Shown here: positions 14,798 to 23,645 of the stretch, piece by piece
Position numbering within the stretch: the stretch's first letter is position 1
Layout: each line of letters opens with the position of its first letter
DNA from: Schumannella sp.
GTDB taxonomy: Bacteria > Actinomycetota > Actinomycetes > Actinomycetales > Microbacteriaceae
DNA length: 50,984 nt
NCBI GenBank assembly: GCA_025463555.1
Contig: JAODAS010000029.1
Coordinates: forward strand, 1 to 50,984
Reading direction: 5' to 3'
Made by a program: the position numbers and the translations under genes
Notes under the pieces: generated by a model
Databases searched by the model: none
Seen by the model: only the letters and a program-made list of their open reading frames with translations
Told to the model about the DNA's origin: nothing

Positions 14798-15049
14798 TTA
14801 AGCGGCTGTCGTGGTGGTTACCTCCGTGCCATCGAGCGTGGGGGAGAGCACGGGCAGTCCGCCGCGCTCAGCTTCGAGCTGGCTTACTAGCCGCTCGAGG
14901 TAGAGGGAGAGCGAGAGCGAGCCGGAGGCCATGCCCGCGTCTCGTAGTCTCTGCTCGGTGGACTCTTCGAGCCTGACTTTCAGTTCAACAACTTTCACGC
15001 CCTTAGGGCGGCGGTTACGTTTGATACCCGCGTTGCTTCCCATCGTCAT
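14798..15049 (-). CDS. Ribbon-helix-helix (CopG-like) protein upstream of rep
   Basis: 'VVELKVRLEESTEQRLRDAGMASGSLSLSLYLERLV' fits strand-helix-helix. Start trimmed to 'MTMGSN'. Confidence 0.5.
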   Translation of the reverse strand: MTMGSNAGIKRNRRPKGVKVVELKVRLEESTEQRLRDAGMASGSLSLSLYLERLVSQLEAERGGLPVLSPTLDGTEVTTTTAA

Positions 15050-15108
15050 GTTGCGAGTATTTCGGGTTAACAGGCCCGTTAACGCAAGGACGCGCCGCGT
15101 GTCGCACA

Positions 15109-15549
15109 TCATTGCGCCGTCCGTCCTCTGCTGGCACCGCTAAGCGAGGCAGGGGCCGCTTCTACGTCGTGCGGAGCCTTCGTGCCACACAGGGTGCAGA
15201 AGTTGTACTCCAGAGATTGGGGCTTGCTGCAGTGCCGGCAGGGGGAGTCTCCGATTGCACGCTTGTCGTCGGAGGCGTCGTCGACGGTGCCGTCTGGGTT
15301 GAGGATCTGCACGAACGCGTCCGGGTGGATTCCAAGCTGGTAGGTGGCGTCGACGTCGACGACGGTCAGTCTCACCGGCCGACCGACCTGGCGGCCGATC
15401 GCGGCGCAGCGGGCAATGATTCCGGCGCGCAGTCGCGCGGTGTCGGCTGCGATCAGCGGGCGCGAGGTTCCGCTGATCGTGAGCTCACCAGAGGCGTCTG
15501 GGCGCACGATCGCGCTCAGACGCGGTTGGGCGGGGATGAAGGTCGGCAT
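15109..15549 (-). CDS. Hypothetical protein: N-domain paralogous to the ParA-like ATPase N-terminus, plus a C-terminal zinc ribbon
   Basis: 'AIVRPDASGELTISGT...GRPVRLTVVD...LNPDGTV' parallels 'AIVNPDATGVLVIEGT...GRPVMLITED...ISPDGSV' in the product of 17127-18485. Also has 'CRHCSKPQSLEYNFCTLCG'. TGATG coupling to the upstream gene. Confidence 0.55.
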   Translation of the reverse strand: MPTFIPAQPRLSAIVRPDASGELTISGTSRPLIAADTARLRAGIIARCAAIGRQVGRPVRLTVVDVDATYQLGIHPDAFVQILNPDGTVDDASDDKRAIGDSPCRHCSKPQSLEYNFCTLCGTKAPHDVEAAPASLSGASRGRTAQ

Positions 15550-16616
15550 CAGTAGTTCCTGTGGCAGGTGTCGTTGCAGAGAGTCATGCCGAACAGTTCG
15601 TAGAACTTCTCGGGATCGACCCAGCCGGGTACGGCGGGGTCGAGGGGGAGCGTCGCGACCTGCGGGTTGATGTTGCCCACGACGTTGATCCGGAGGTCCA
15701 GGTGACACCCGGTGGCGGGCGCTTCGTCGCCCACGAGGGAGATCTTCTCTCCGGTGGTCACGGTGTCTCCGACCTTTACGAGACGATCGGATTGGTGGCT
15801 GTGCAGGTAGGAGATTGTGTATCCGTCAGGGCTCTTGATCGAGAGGTAGAGGCGATCGGAGAGAACGACGGTGCCGGGCTGGATCGCGTAGATGGGCTTG
15901 CCGCACGGGTTCGGCCAGTTCTGCAGGTCGTCTGCCGGGTGGTAGCTGCTTGCACCTTCGGTGGGCGAGCTGCGCGGGCCGAATTTGTCAGTCATGTTGA
16001 ACGGCATATCGAGCGGCATACCGAGAGCGCCGCTGCCGCATCCGGTCGAGGGGGAGGCGGTGACGCCGCTGAGGGCGGCGGTGATCTGTCCGGCCGCGTC
16101 CCAGTATTTGGCGTAGTAGTAGGGGTCGGCGTTGACCTGCACCTTGTGGGCGGCGAGCGTGGGCTCGAGGGTTTCCCAGTTGGGGACGTTCTTCAATCGT
16201 TCGAAGAAGAGCGTCGCGGATTTGAAGGGGTCCATGCGGTCCGCAAGGCTGCCCCAACTGTCGCGCTGCTGGAACAGTCCGCGGGAGTCGGGGCCGGCTT
16301 GGTCGCCGTAGTTGAGCACGCGGAGCCCGGATTCGCCCATTGCCGTCATGACGCCGATCTGCTGCGCCTGGGCGTTGAGTCCGAGGGCTTCGGCGGCGTT
16401 CATGATGTAGGCGGCGTTCACGAGCTGGTCGTGCCCGTAGCCGGCGACGGCTGCGGTGGGGACGGTGTTCTCATCGACCTTGACGCCGGCGCCGGAGGGT
16501 CCGCACGCGGCCGCGGCGGCGTTGCTGCCGCCCAAGAGCAAGATGAAGCCGAACAACAGTCCGATGAAGAGAACGGGGACGAGCAGCAGTGCGACTACCC
16601 CCTTGCCGCCTTGCAT
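15549..16616 (-). CDS. T4SS-associated cell-wall hydrolase (lytic-transglycosylase-like domain plus M23 peptidase)
   Basis: N-terminal TM segment. 'MTAMGESGLRVLNYGD...GLFQQR' is a transglycosylase-like Glu motif. C-terminal M23 signatures are 'YHPADD', 'YLHSHQS' and 'GCHLDLRI'. Confidence 0.8.
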   Translation of the reverse strand: MQGGKGVVALLLVPVLFIGLLFGFILLLGGSNAAAAACGPSGAGVKVDENTVPTAAVAGYGHDQLVNAAYIMNAAEALGLNAQAQQIGVMTAMGESGLRVLNYGDQAGPDSRGLFQQRDSWGSLADRMDPFKSATLFFERLKNVPNWETLEPTLAAHKVQVNADPYYYAKYWDAAGQITAALSGVTASPSTGCGSGALGMPLDMPFNMTDKFGPRSSPTEGASSYHPADDLQNWPNPCGKPIYAIQPGTVVLSDRLYLSIKSPDGYTISYLHSHQSDRLVKVGDTVTTGEKISLVGDEAPATGCHLDLRINVVGNINPQVATLPLDPAVPGWVDPEKFYELFGMTLCNDTCHRNY

Positions 16617-16620
16617 ATGA

Positions 16621-17130
16621 CTACCTCCCCGGCGGTGTGATGCGGTCGACGAGCCAGGGATCGGTCGCAGCCTTGCGGGTGAGCGAGACGACGTAGGTTC
16701 CGATATCGGTCGGCACAGTCACGAGGAGCGCGTAGTCGGTGGCTCCGTCGACGACGGAGCCGGCGCCAGTGATCTTGTGGACGGGGACGTTCGCCGGGTC
16801 GGTGCCTTCATAGGCAGCCGCGCCCTGTTGCGTGAGCATCGGGTACAGGGCGTTTATCCACGTGGTCGCGTCGAGCTGCGGCTGCGCGAATGCCGTCATG
16901 AACTTCTCGGCGAGCTTCACGGCCGCGGCTTGGCTGGTGGAGTCAGCCGGCGTTGGCGTGGGGGCGTTCGGGCCGTCGTCGAGTCCGTCGGTCGGGGTCG
17001 AGCGTGGCGTCTTGGTGGTGCCGTCCGGGAACGTAGCGACCGGCGTTGACACGGGCGACATGACGGGCGCGCAGCCGGTCAGGATGAGCGCAGTGAGCGC
17101 GACGCCGACTGCACCGGCGGCGCGCTTCAC
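16621..17130 (-). CDS. Conjugation-cluster lipoprotein
   Basis: Signal peptide with lipobox 'LILTGC'. Pro/Thr-rich linker. Confidence 0.7.
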   Translation of the reverse strand: MKRAAGAVGVALTALILTGCAPVMSPVSTPVATFPDGTTKTPRSTPTDGLDDGPNAPTPTPADSTSQAAAVKLAEKFMTAFAQPQLDATTWINALYPMLTQQGAAAYEGTDPANVPVHKITGAGSVVDGATDYALLVTVPTDIGTYVVSLTRKAATDPWLVDRITPPGR

Positions 17131-18485
17131 AGACCCTCCGCCACCGCGGCTGCTGCTGCGAGCCAGGCGCGGCGCGTGATCGGGTTGAGGGCGTCGTAGC
17201 GGATCTTGCCGCTGTGCAGCGCCTCATCGAACGGAATGGTGACCACCCGACGCGCGATTGACGCGAACCCGTTGGCGATCTGCTGGGCGTCGCCCTTGTC
17301 CGCGCTTTTCTCCGACTGGGAGACGATCACCACGGCGTTGTCCGCGAGAGCGGCAGAGCGCTCGTCGCGCTGGGCCAGGCCATCGAGTAGGAGCGCACCT
17401 GCTTCGGCGTGCTCTCCGAGAGCGGTGGTGGCGATGACGAGCTGGTCGCTGCGGTCGATCATCTGCTGCCAGCGCTCGGCGGACTCGTCGTTGCCGGAGT
17501 CGATGAAGATCAGGCGGAAGTATTTGCTCGCGACCTGGTGCAGCGCGTCGAACTCGACGCGGCTGATGCGCTGGTCGGCGGAGAGCGCCTGCGGGTTGGA
17601 GCGCAGCACGTCGTATTTGTCACCGGTCTGGTGGTGCACGAAGTGCGCCAGATCGGAGGACTGGGCGGCGGGGGAGAGCAGCCGTTCGGTCTGTGGGAGC
17701 AGGTTGTGCACAGTGGCTTCGTGCGGTCCCTGCTCGGTGCGCCAGCCCAGCGTGCCTCGCGTTTCGTTGTTGTCCCACGCCAGCACACCGGAGCCGCCGT
17801 AGCGGGCGAATACGGCCGACAGCAGGGCCGTCGTCGGGGTCTTGTTGGCCCCGCCCTTGCCGTTGACGATCGCGATCGTGCGCGGGCCGGGCCAGTGCTG
17901 GCTCACGGCGTGCACGTCGCGACGTTCGGCAAGCTCGGTCTCAGAGGGGGCGACCTGGACGCCGACGCGGGCGAGGACTCCGCGCCATCCCTGTGTCGCG
18001 GGCTGCTCGGGTGCTTCCTTCTCGAGGAAGGACGCGCGCGCAGCTCGCCGCTCGCTGATGGTGGCCTGCGGTACCGCTGCCTGCTGCGGCTCGGTCGCCT
18101 GCGGCGCGACAACAGTTGGCGCGGGAAACACTGCAGGAGGCGGAGGTACGCGCTCGACGTCGTATGTCGGCGGTAGCTCCGCCCGTTGCACGGTCTCCTC
18201 TGGGACTGCTGCTGGCTCAGCGGGGATGAACTCTCCGACAGCCTCAACGCTGCCGTCCGGCGAGATGATCAGCTGTCCTTGGCCCATTGCGTCCTCCGTG
18301 ATGAGCATCACGGGGCGGCCGTACATGCGTGCGCGGCCGGTGACTTGGGTGAGGATCTGTTCGCGGACGTGGGTGTCGTTGTTGCCGGCGACCTCATGGT
18401 GAGTCCCCTCGATCACCAGCACACCGGTCGCATCCGGGTTCACGATCGCCCGAATGGTGGGGTGAGAGGTTTCCTGCTGAGCCAT
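17127..18485 (-). CDS. MinD/ParA/CpaE-like ATPase with an N-terminal extra domain
   Basis: Deviant Walker A 'VNGKGGANKTPT', 'IFIDSGND'. 452 aa. ATGA overlap with the lipoprotein gene. Confidence 0.75.
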   Translation of the reverse strand: MAQQETSHPTIRAIVNPDATGVLVIEGTHHEVAGNNDTHVREQILTQVTGRARMYGRPVMLITEDAMGQGQLIISPDGSVEAVGEFIPAEPAAVPEETVQRAELPPTYDVERVPPPPAVFPAPTVVAPQATEPQQAAVPQATISERRAARASFLEKEAPEQPATQGWRGVLARVGVQVAPSETELAERRDVHAVSQHWPGPRTIAIVNGKGGANKTPTTALLSAVFARYGGSGVLAWDNNETRGTLGWRTEQGPHEATVHNLLPQTERLLSPAAQSSDLAHFVHHQTGDKYDVLRSNPQALSADQRISRVEFDALHQVASKYFRLIFIDSGNDESAERWQQMIDRSDQLVIATTALGEHAEAGALLLDGLAQRDERSAALADNAVVIVSQSEKSADKGDAQQIANGFASIARRVVTIPFDEALHSGKIRYDALNPITRRAWLAAAAAVAEGL

Positions 18486-18497
18486 GTCGCTGCCTTC

Positions 18498-18746
18498 CTA
18501 GTTGTCGCTGTGCCCGCTGTATCGCGCCCGTGCCCACGCGCCGAAGTCGGCCGTGAGGATCGTGTAGCCGCGGCCGATTCGCAGCGCGGGTAGGCGTTCT
18601 TCTGGGTTGTCTGAGCCGATCGCGCCGCGGATCACGTCTTCGCTGACGTTGAACACTTTGGCGGCCTCGCTCACGCTGAGCGTCGGCGGCAGGCCCTTTA
18701 GGAGGTCGTCGAGCGCGCTCATGTCAAAGTCCGACCATCTGTCCAT
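18498..18746 (-). CDS. Helix-turn-helix (excisionase/MerR-like HTH_17-type) DNA-binding protein, first gene of the leftward T4SS operon
   Basis: 'LSVSEAAKVFNVSEDVIRGAI...LPALRIGRGYTI' is typical of this HTH class. The start is ambiguous between 18746 and 18722. Confidence 0.55.
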   Translation of the reverse strand: MDRWSDFDMSALDDLLKGLPPTLSVSEAAKVFNVSEDVIRGAIGSDNPEERLPALRIGRGYTILTADFGAWARARYSGHSDN

Positions 18747-18857
18747 GCGACACAGTTTAGGCGTATAGTTCGAGTTATCGGTAAGGTTCGGCAATATTCG
18801 GGTCTATTGGGCAACATCGCTGACGCTCCATCCTCGGGGGTGTGGGTGGTGATGTTT

Positions 18858-18897
18858 CCAGTATCCCGTTTCGTGTCACCCTTGCGGGTGATACTGG
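18858..18897. promoter_or_regulatory. Inverted repeat in the divergent T4SS promoter region
   Basis: CCAGTATC (18858-18865) and GATACTGG (18890-18897), between the divergently transcribed operons. Confidence 0.25.
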
Positions 18898-18936
18898 GTA
18901 GACAACTCAGTCGAGACCGAAGAAGGGGGCTCTCCG

Positions 18937-19536
18937 GTGACGGACTCCCAACACCCGTGGCTAGCAGGACCGGCGGTGCCTCAACACGCCCCGCCACCCG
19001 TCCGGGCTCGTCGCGAACTCCCACGCCCGGCCGCTCCTCAGCCGGGCGTTCCCGCGCCTGATCACGCTGACCGGCTCCCACGCCGGGATGTCAACCGTCC
19101 CGCACCGCTGTGGTGGCTCGGCGTTCACGGCGGCGCGGGGGAGTCCACCCTGGCCAACTTGGTCGCTGGTTCTCGCACGGCAGGCCATGCATGGCCAATC
19201 GGTTACGACGGAGCGACGACAAACGTTGTCCTTGTCGCCCGGTCGAATGCATCGGGCCTCGCGGCCGCACAACGGGCCGCGATCGAATGGGCATCAGGAG
19301 TGATCCCGTCCGTGAATCTCGTCGGCCTCGTGATCGTGGCTGACGCGCCCGGCAGGCTGCCCAAGCCGCTGAGGGAGCTGGCGCACCTGGTTTCCGGGGG
19401 AGTGCCGCACACCTGGCACATCCCCTGGGTAGAGGCATGGCGGCTTGGAGAGCCGCCCGACCTCGAGCACGCACCCAAAGACGTTCGGACGCTCATCGCC
19501 TCGGTGAGCGAACTGACCAACACGACCAGCGCCTAA
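18937..19536 (+). CDS. Conserved conjugation-cluster protein with degenerate P-loop-like 'GVHGGAGEST'
   Basis: GTG start. Pro-rich N-terminus. 'WWLGVHGGAGESTLA' followed by 'VVLVAR'. From memory it resembles proteins found at the start of actinobacterial T4SS operons. Not verified. Confidence 0.4.
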   Translation: MTDSQHPWLAGPAVPQHAPPPVRARRELPRPAAPQPGVPAPDHADRLPRRDVNRPAPLWWLGVHGGAGESTLANLVAGSRTAGHAWPIGYDGATTNVVLVARSNASGLAAAQRAAIEWASGVIPSVNLVGLVIVADAPGRLPKPLRELAHLVSGGVPHTWHIPWVEAWRLGEPPDLEHAPKDVRTLIASVSELTNTTSA

Positions 19537-19561
19537 CCCGGCCTGACCGAAAGGAAGCACA

Positions 19562-19858
19562 ATGCACACGCTCCACACCGTTCTCGACACCGTGAACTCC
19601 TTCGTCCCACTCGACGTTCCCGACCCCGGGAACGGCTCGGCCCCTCCTGGATCCGAGAAGTTCATCGCCGTTATGGGCTGGGTGAAGTGGCTCGCTCTCG
19701 GCGTCGTGATCATCGGTCTGATGATCATCGGCGCGAAGCTCGCCATCGAGAGCCGCCGCGGAGAGGGCGGAGCGCACCTCGGCTCCCTCGGCATGGCAAT
19801 GGCCGGCGTAATCGTCATCGCCGGCGCCGCCAGCCTCGTCGGCTTCCTCGTCAGCTGA
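19562..19858 (+). CDS. Small two-TM membrane protein, VirB2/TrbC pilin-like candidate
   Basis: 98 aa with two hydrophobic helices ('WLALGVVIIGLMIIGAKL', 'GMAMAGVIVIAGAASLVGFLV') separated by a basic loop. Confidence 0.4.
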   Translation: MHTLHTVLDTVNSFVPLDVPDPGNGSAPPGSEKFIAVMGWVKWLALGVVIIGLMIIGAKLAIESRRGEGGAHLGSLGMAMAGVIVIAGAASLVGFLVS

Positions 19859-19875
19859 TCGAAGGGAAAAGACGC

Positions 19876-20613
19876 ATGTCCGACAACCAGCCATCCGAGC
19901 CGAACCCGTTCACCAGCCGGCGATTCATCCTCGCTGCGGTCATTGTCGGGGTCGTCTTGCTGTGCGCGGTCGTCCTCATCGTGAGCTCAGTGATCGGCGG
20001 GCAGGCCAAGCCGAATGCGAACTCGTCGACGGCGCCGACAAGCACACCGTCACAGTCGAGCGTCAATGAGGCGGATCGCAGCGTCTGTGGACTGCCAGGC
20101 TTTGAGAAGTCGGGGACGATCACTCAAGCGCCCAAGAGCAAGTGGGAATTGGTCGGGACGGTGGCTGCCCCCACAGATCCAAAGGGGGCGGGTCCTGGAA
20201 ATGTCGAGTCCTCCGGTTTCCGGAGTTGCTACGCGCACACGCCAACAGGCGCGCTTTACTCGGCGGCCAACATCATTGCGATGGGTTCGGATTCGAGTCT
20301 CCGCCACGAGGTAAGCGACAAGTTGGTTCTGCCTGGGCCGGGCCGCGACGCCGCGCTGGCTTCGGAGGGCAGCACCAGCGAAACGACCGTCCGTTACCAG
20401 ATCGCCGGCTTCCGGGTTTTGTCGTATGACGGTTCCCAAGCGAAGGTCGATATTGCTGTGAACGCGGCGACAGGCCAACTCGTGAGTTTCGTCGAGAACC
20501 TCGAGTGGAGCGACGGGGACTGGAAAGTCACCCTCGACAAGAACGGCAATATGCCGATCCCGCCGTCGCCGTTGCAGAGCCTCGGCGGCTACATCCCGTG
20601 GTCGGGGGCATAA
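19876..20613 (+). CDS. Membrane-anchored secreted T4SS-cluster protein
   Basis: Trimmed to 'MSDNQPSEPNPF...'. Single TM segment, Ser/Thr-rich linker, then a globular part. The earlier portion of the track ORF is Arg-rich run-in. Confidence 0.5.
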   Translation: MSDNQPSEPNPFTSRRFILAAVIVGVVLLCAVVLIVSSVIGGQAKPNANSSTAPTSTPSQSSVNEADRSVCGLPGFEKSGTITQAPKSKWELVGTVAAPTDPKGAGPGNVESSGFRSCYAHTPTGALYSAANIIAMGSDSSLRHEVSDKLVLPGPGRDAALASEGSTSETTVRYQIAGFRVLSYDGSQAKVDIAVNAATGQLVSFVENLEWSDGDWKVTLDKNGNMPIPPSPLQSLGGYIPWSGA

Positions 20614-22134
20614 ATGGCTGGCTGCGACTGGCTCGACGTCGGCTGTCAGCTCGGCGGTGTCGTTTCAAAAGCCACGAATGACAGTCTCCAGCAGCTCGTG
20701 AACAACGTGCTCGAGGGCGTCGGAAAAGCGTTTGCCGCCCTTGGGTCGGTGTGGGTTCTCGTTCCCACGCCAAACCTCACAGGTGGAGGGTCAACGTCGG
20801 CGAACCACTCCGCGGAGGGCGCTGCGGGCGCGTCCGGGTTCCTGACGATCCTCCAGTGGTCGGTGTGGATCTCCCTCGCGATCTGCGTTCTATCGCTCAT
20901 CGCCGGCGGTGCGCTCCTGGCAGTGAATCGGCGTCGTGGCGACGGTGAGCGGCATTTGGGCCGCCTGGGCGTGGTCCTCGGCGCGGTCATCCTGATTTCC
21001 GGAGCCTCCGCGATCGTTGCGGCTCTCCTGCCCGGGATGGGATCCTCGAACGCCTCTGATGCGGTCGGCTACATCCAAGACTCGCTCTGGTGGTATACCG
21101 GCGGTCTTGCGGTGCTCTCGGTGATCATCGCGGGCGCCCGCATGGCGTGGACTCAACGTGCGCAGGCAGGCAAGGACCTGCTGCAGTCGCTGTTCACTCT
21201 CGTCGTAGTGTCGGCCGCCGGTCTGACTGGTATCGGCCTTGCCGTAGCGGCGGCCGATGGATTCTCGACCTGGATTCTCGACGGGGCGACCGGAAAGGAT
21301 TTCGGCCAGAACATCACCGCAATGATCGGCATCAGCGCAACAAGCGGCATCGGTCTGATCGCCCTGCTGATCGTCGGTATCGTCGCCACCTTCTTCACCT
21401 ACATTCAAGTGATCCTGATGGTGATCCGCGGCGGCATGCTCGTGCTGCTCGCCGGGATCTTCCCCATTTCTGCCGCGTTCACAAACACGGAAACGGGCCG
21501 TTCCTGGTTCAAGAAGTGCACCGGCTGGCTGATCGCGTTCATTCTCTACAAGCCGGCCGCGGCGATCGTCTACGCGGCCGCGTTCAAGCTAACCGGCGCC
21601 GACTTGTTTAAGGATGACGGCACCGGTCTGATCAAGATCCTCACCGGTCTCGCACTCATGGCGATGGCCCTCGTGGCTCTGCCCGCTCTTATGCGGTTCG
21701 TCGCGCCAATGGTGTCTCAGGTTGGCGGTGGCGGCGGTGCCGGTATGGCTCTCGCTGCGGGTGCGGGCGCAGCGGGGGCAGAGCTCGCCACCGGCGCGAT
21801 CCGCAAAGCCAACACAGGCGGCGGCTCGGGCGGCGGTGGAGGCTCGACCAGCGATCCGAAAGCCACGGGCGCATCCAATACCCCCGCTTTGAAGCCCGCG
21901 CCGGCACCGACAGGTGGCGGTAGCTCGGCTGGGACGGCGGCCACTGCAGGGAAGGCGGCGGGCGCTTCCAGCGCCGGTGGCGGAGCTGCAGCGGGCGGAG
22001 CCGCAGCGGCAGGCCCGGTCGGTGTCGGCGTGATGGCAGCCCAAAAGGGCCTCGAGGCGGGACAGAAGGCGGTCGGTGCTGTGCGCACCGCTGCAGCAGA
22101 CGCGGCCGGTGACGGCGCATCAGGAAGTAACTAG
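20614..22134 (+). CDS. Polytopic membrane protein, VirB6/TrbL-like, with a long Gly/Ala-rich C-terminal tail
   Basis: At least 6 predicted TM helices. Position and size are typical of VirB6/TrbL. The last ~130 aa are low-complexity G/A/S. Confidence 0.55.
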   Translation: MAGCDWLDVGCQLGGVVSKATNDSLQQLVNNVLEGVGKAFAALGSVWVLVPTPNLTGGGSTSANHSAEGAAGASGFLTILQWSVWISLAICVLSLIAGGALLAVNRRRGDGERHLGRLGVVLGAVILISGASAIVAALLPGMGSSNASDAVGYIQDSLWWYTGGLAVLSVIIAGARMAWTQRAQAGKDLLQSLFTLVVVSAAGLTGIGLAVAAADGFSTWILDGATGKDFGQNITAMIGISATSGIGLIALLIVGIVATFFTYIQVILMVIRGGMLVLLAGIFPISAAFTNTETGRSWFKKCTGWLIAFILYKPAAAIVYAAAFKLTGADLFKDDGTGLIKILTGLALMAMALVALPALMRFVAPMVSQVGGGGGAGMALAAGAGAAGAELATGAIRKANTGGGSGGGGGSTSDPKATGASNTPALKPAPAPTGGGSSAGTAATAGKAAGASSAGGGAAAGGAAAAGPVGVGVMAAQKGLEAGQKAVGAVRTAAADAAGDGASGSN

Positions 22135-22142
22135 GAGTGAGC

Positions 22143-23645
22143 ATGGCGAACACGCAACCTCAGGTCCGCACCTACGGCAACTGGCGTCGGCCGACAACCC
22201 CCGGCCTTTTGGGGCTGGGGATGGTCGGAACGATCGTGCTCTTGGCGGGCTTGGTCGCGACGGTCATCACTGTCATGTTCGGCGGTCTGGTCAACGGCGT
22301 GGTCGTGTTCGCCGTCATGGCCGGCTTCCTGCTCACCGTCGCGGTGAAGGACAAGCACGGGCAGAGTGCGCTGACCCGCACGACGAACCGTCTGAACTGG
22401 ATGCGCGCCCGCTCTTCCGGGTCCAACCTGTACCGCTCGGGGCCGCTGGGCCGGACCGACTGGGGCACGGCGCAGCTGCCCGGGCTTGCAGCACAATCCC
22501 GGCTGAGCGAGTACACGGACTCTTACGGACGTCCGTTCGCGATGATCTACGTGCCCTCGGCCGGTGACTACACCGTCGTGATCGGCACGGAGCCGGACGG
22601 GGCTGCTCTCGTCGATCAGGAACAGATCGACAGCTGGGTAGCCGACTGGGGCCACTGGCTGGCGAATCTGGGGGATGAGGCGGGCATCGTCGCCGCAGCT
22701 GTGACGATCGAGACGGCTCCCGACACCGGGCGTCGTCTCCGCGGCGAGGTCAACCTGAACATCGACCCGGAGGCACCGGCCTTCGCACAAGCGATGCTCC
22801 GCGAGGTCGTGGCGAGCTACCCGTCCGGATCGGCCACCGTCCGCGCGTACGTCTCGATCACCTTCGCCGCGGCCACTCGCGCGAACGGTCGACGTCGCGA
22901 CGCCGACGAGATGGGGCGCGAACTCGCCGCCCGCCTGCCCGGACTGACTCAGGCGCTGTCGGCAACCGGTGCGGGTGCTGCGCGTCCTCTGGGTGCGCAG
23001 CAGCTGTGCGAGGTCATTCGGACCGCGTATGACCCGGAGATTGCCGAGTTGATCGACGATGCGCACCAGTCGGGTGAGCCGTTCGAGCTGCGCTGGTCGG
23101 ACGTAGGACCGTCCGGTGCTCAGGCGAATTGGGACAGCTACCGGCACGACTCTGCTCTGTCGGTGACTTGGCAGATGACGGAAGCTCCCCGCGGCATCGT
23201 GCAGGCGAACATCCTCACTCGGTTCCTGGCGCCGCACCGCGATATCGCCCGTAAGCGGGTGACGTGGCTGTACCGCCCGATCGACGTCGCCAGGGCCGCT
23301 GCGATCGTTCAGTCCGACTTGCGGGCAGCAAGCTTCAACATGACGTCCAGCGATCGGCCCACCGCTCGCGACGTCGTGGGAACGCGCGCCGCGATGGCGA
23401 CGGCCGAGGAAGAGGCGAACGGTGCCGGCCTGGTGAACTTCGGCATGGTCGTTACCGCTACGGTGACTGACCCGACGCGGGCCGCGGACGCTAAAGCGGC
23501 GATCGAGAACCTGTCAGCCACGGCCCGCCTCCGTTTGCGGGTCGTCACCGGTGCTCAGGATTCTGCGTTCGCGGCGGCGCTGCCGCTGGGAATCGTGCTT
23601 CCCAAGCACCTGAAGTTGCCGGCCGAGTTGCGAGGGGCGCTCTGA
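22143..23645 (+). CDS. Membrane-anchored T4SS protein (VirB3 / VirB4 N-terminal-like)
   Basis: ATG 22143 is preceded by AGGAG 5 nt upstream. Two N-terminal TM helices precede a large soluble domain. TGATG coupling to the ATPase gene. I recall this family being labelled SCO6880-like. Not verified. Confidence 0.5.
   Translation: MANTQPQVRTYGNWRRPTTPGLLGLGMVGTIVLLAGLVATVITVMFGGLVNGVVVFAVMAGFLLTVAVKDKHGQSALTRTTNRLNWMRARSSGSNLYRSGPLGRTDWGTAQLPGLAAQSRLSEYTDSYGRPFAMIYVPSAGDYTVVIGTEPDGAALVDQEQIDSWVADWGHWLANLGDEAGIVAAAVTIETAPDTGRRLRGEVNLNIDPEAPAFAQAMLREVVASYPSGSATVRAYVSITFAAATRANGRRRDADEMGRELAARLPGLTQALSATGAGAARPLGAQQLCEVIRTAYDPEIAELIDDAHQSGEPFELRWSDVGPSGAQANWDSYRHDSALSVTWQMTEAPRGIVQANILTRFLAPHRDIARKRVTWLYRPIDVARAAAIVQSDLRAASFNMTSSDRPTARDVVGTRAAMATAEEEANGAGLVNFGMVVTATVTDPTRAADAKAAIENLSATARLRLRVVTGAQDSAFAAALPLGIVLPKHLKLPAELRGAL

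Noticed and set aside
19687-19875. N-terminal extensions of track ORFs. Examples: 19687-19875, 33087-34961 versus 34652, 28218-29405 versus 29177, 43666-43830, 6994-7707 versus 7524, 5884-6462 versus 6261, 49641-49904.
   Set aside because: The extensions are Arg/Ser/Pro-rich, lack an RBS and often overlap upstream genes. Internal ATG/GTG starts have an RBS, or start-stop coupling, and begin at the expected family N-terminus.
20614-22134. The Gly/Ala-rich 3' third of the TrbL-like gene considered as a separate gene or a repeat array.
   Set aside because: The reading frame is continuous with no internal stop or RBS. It is a low-complexity tail without exact tandem periodicity.
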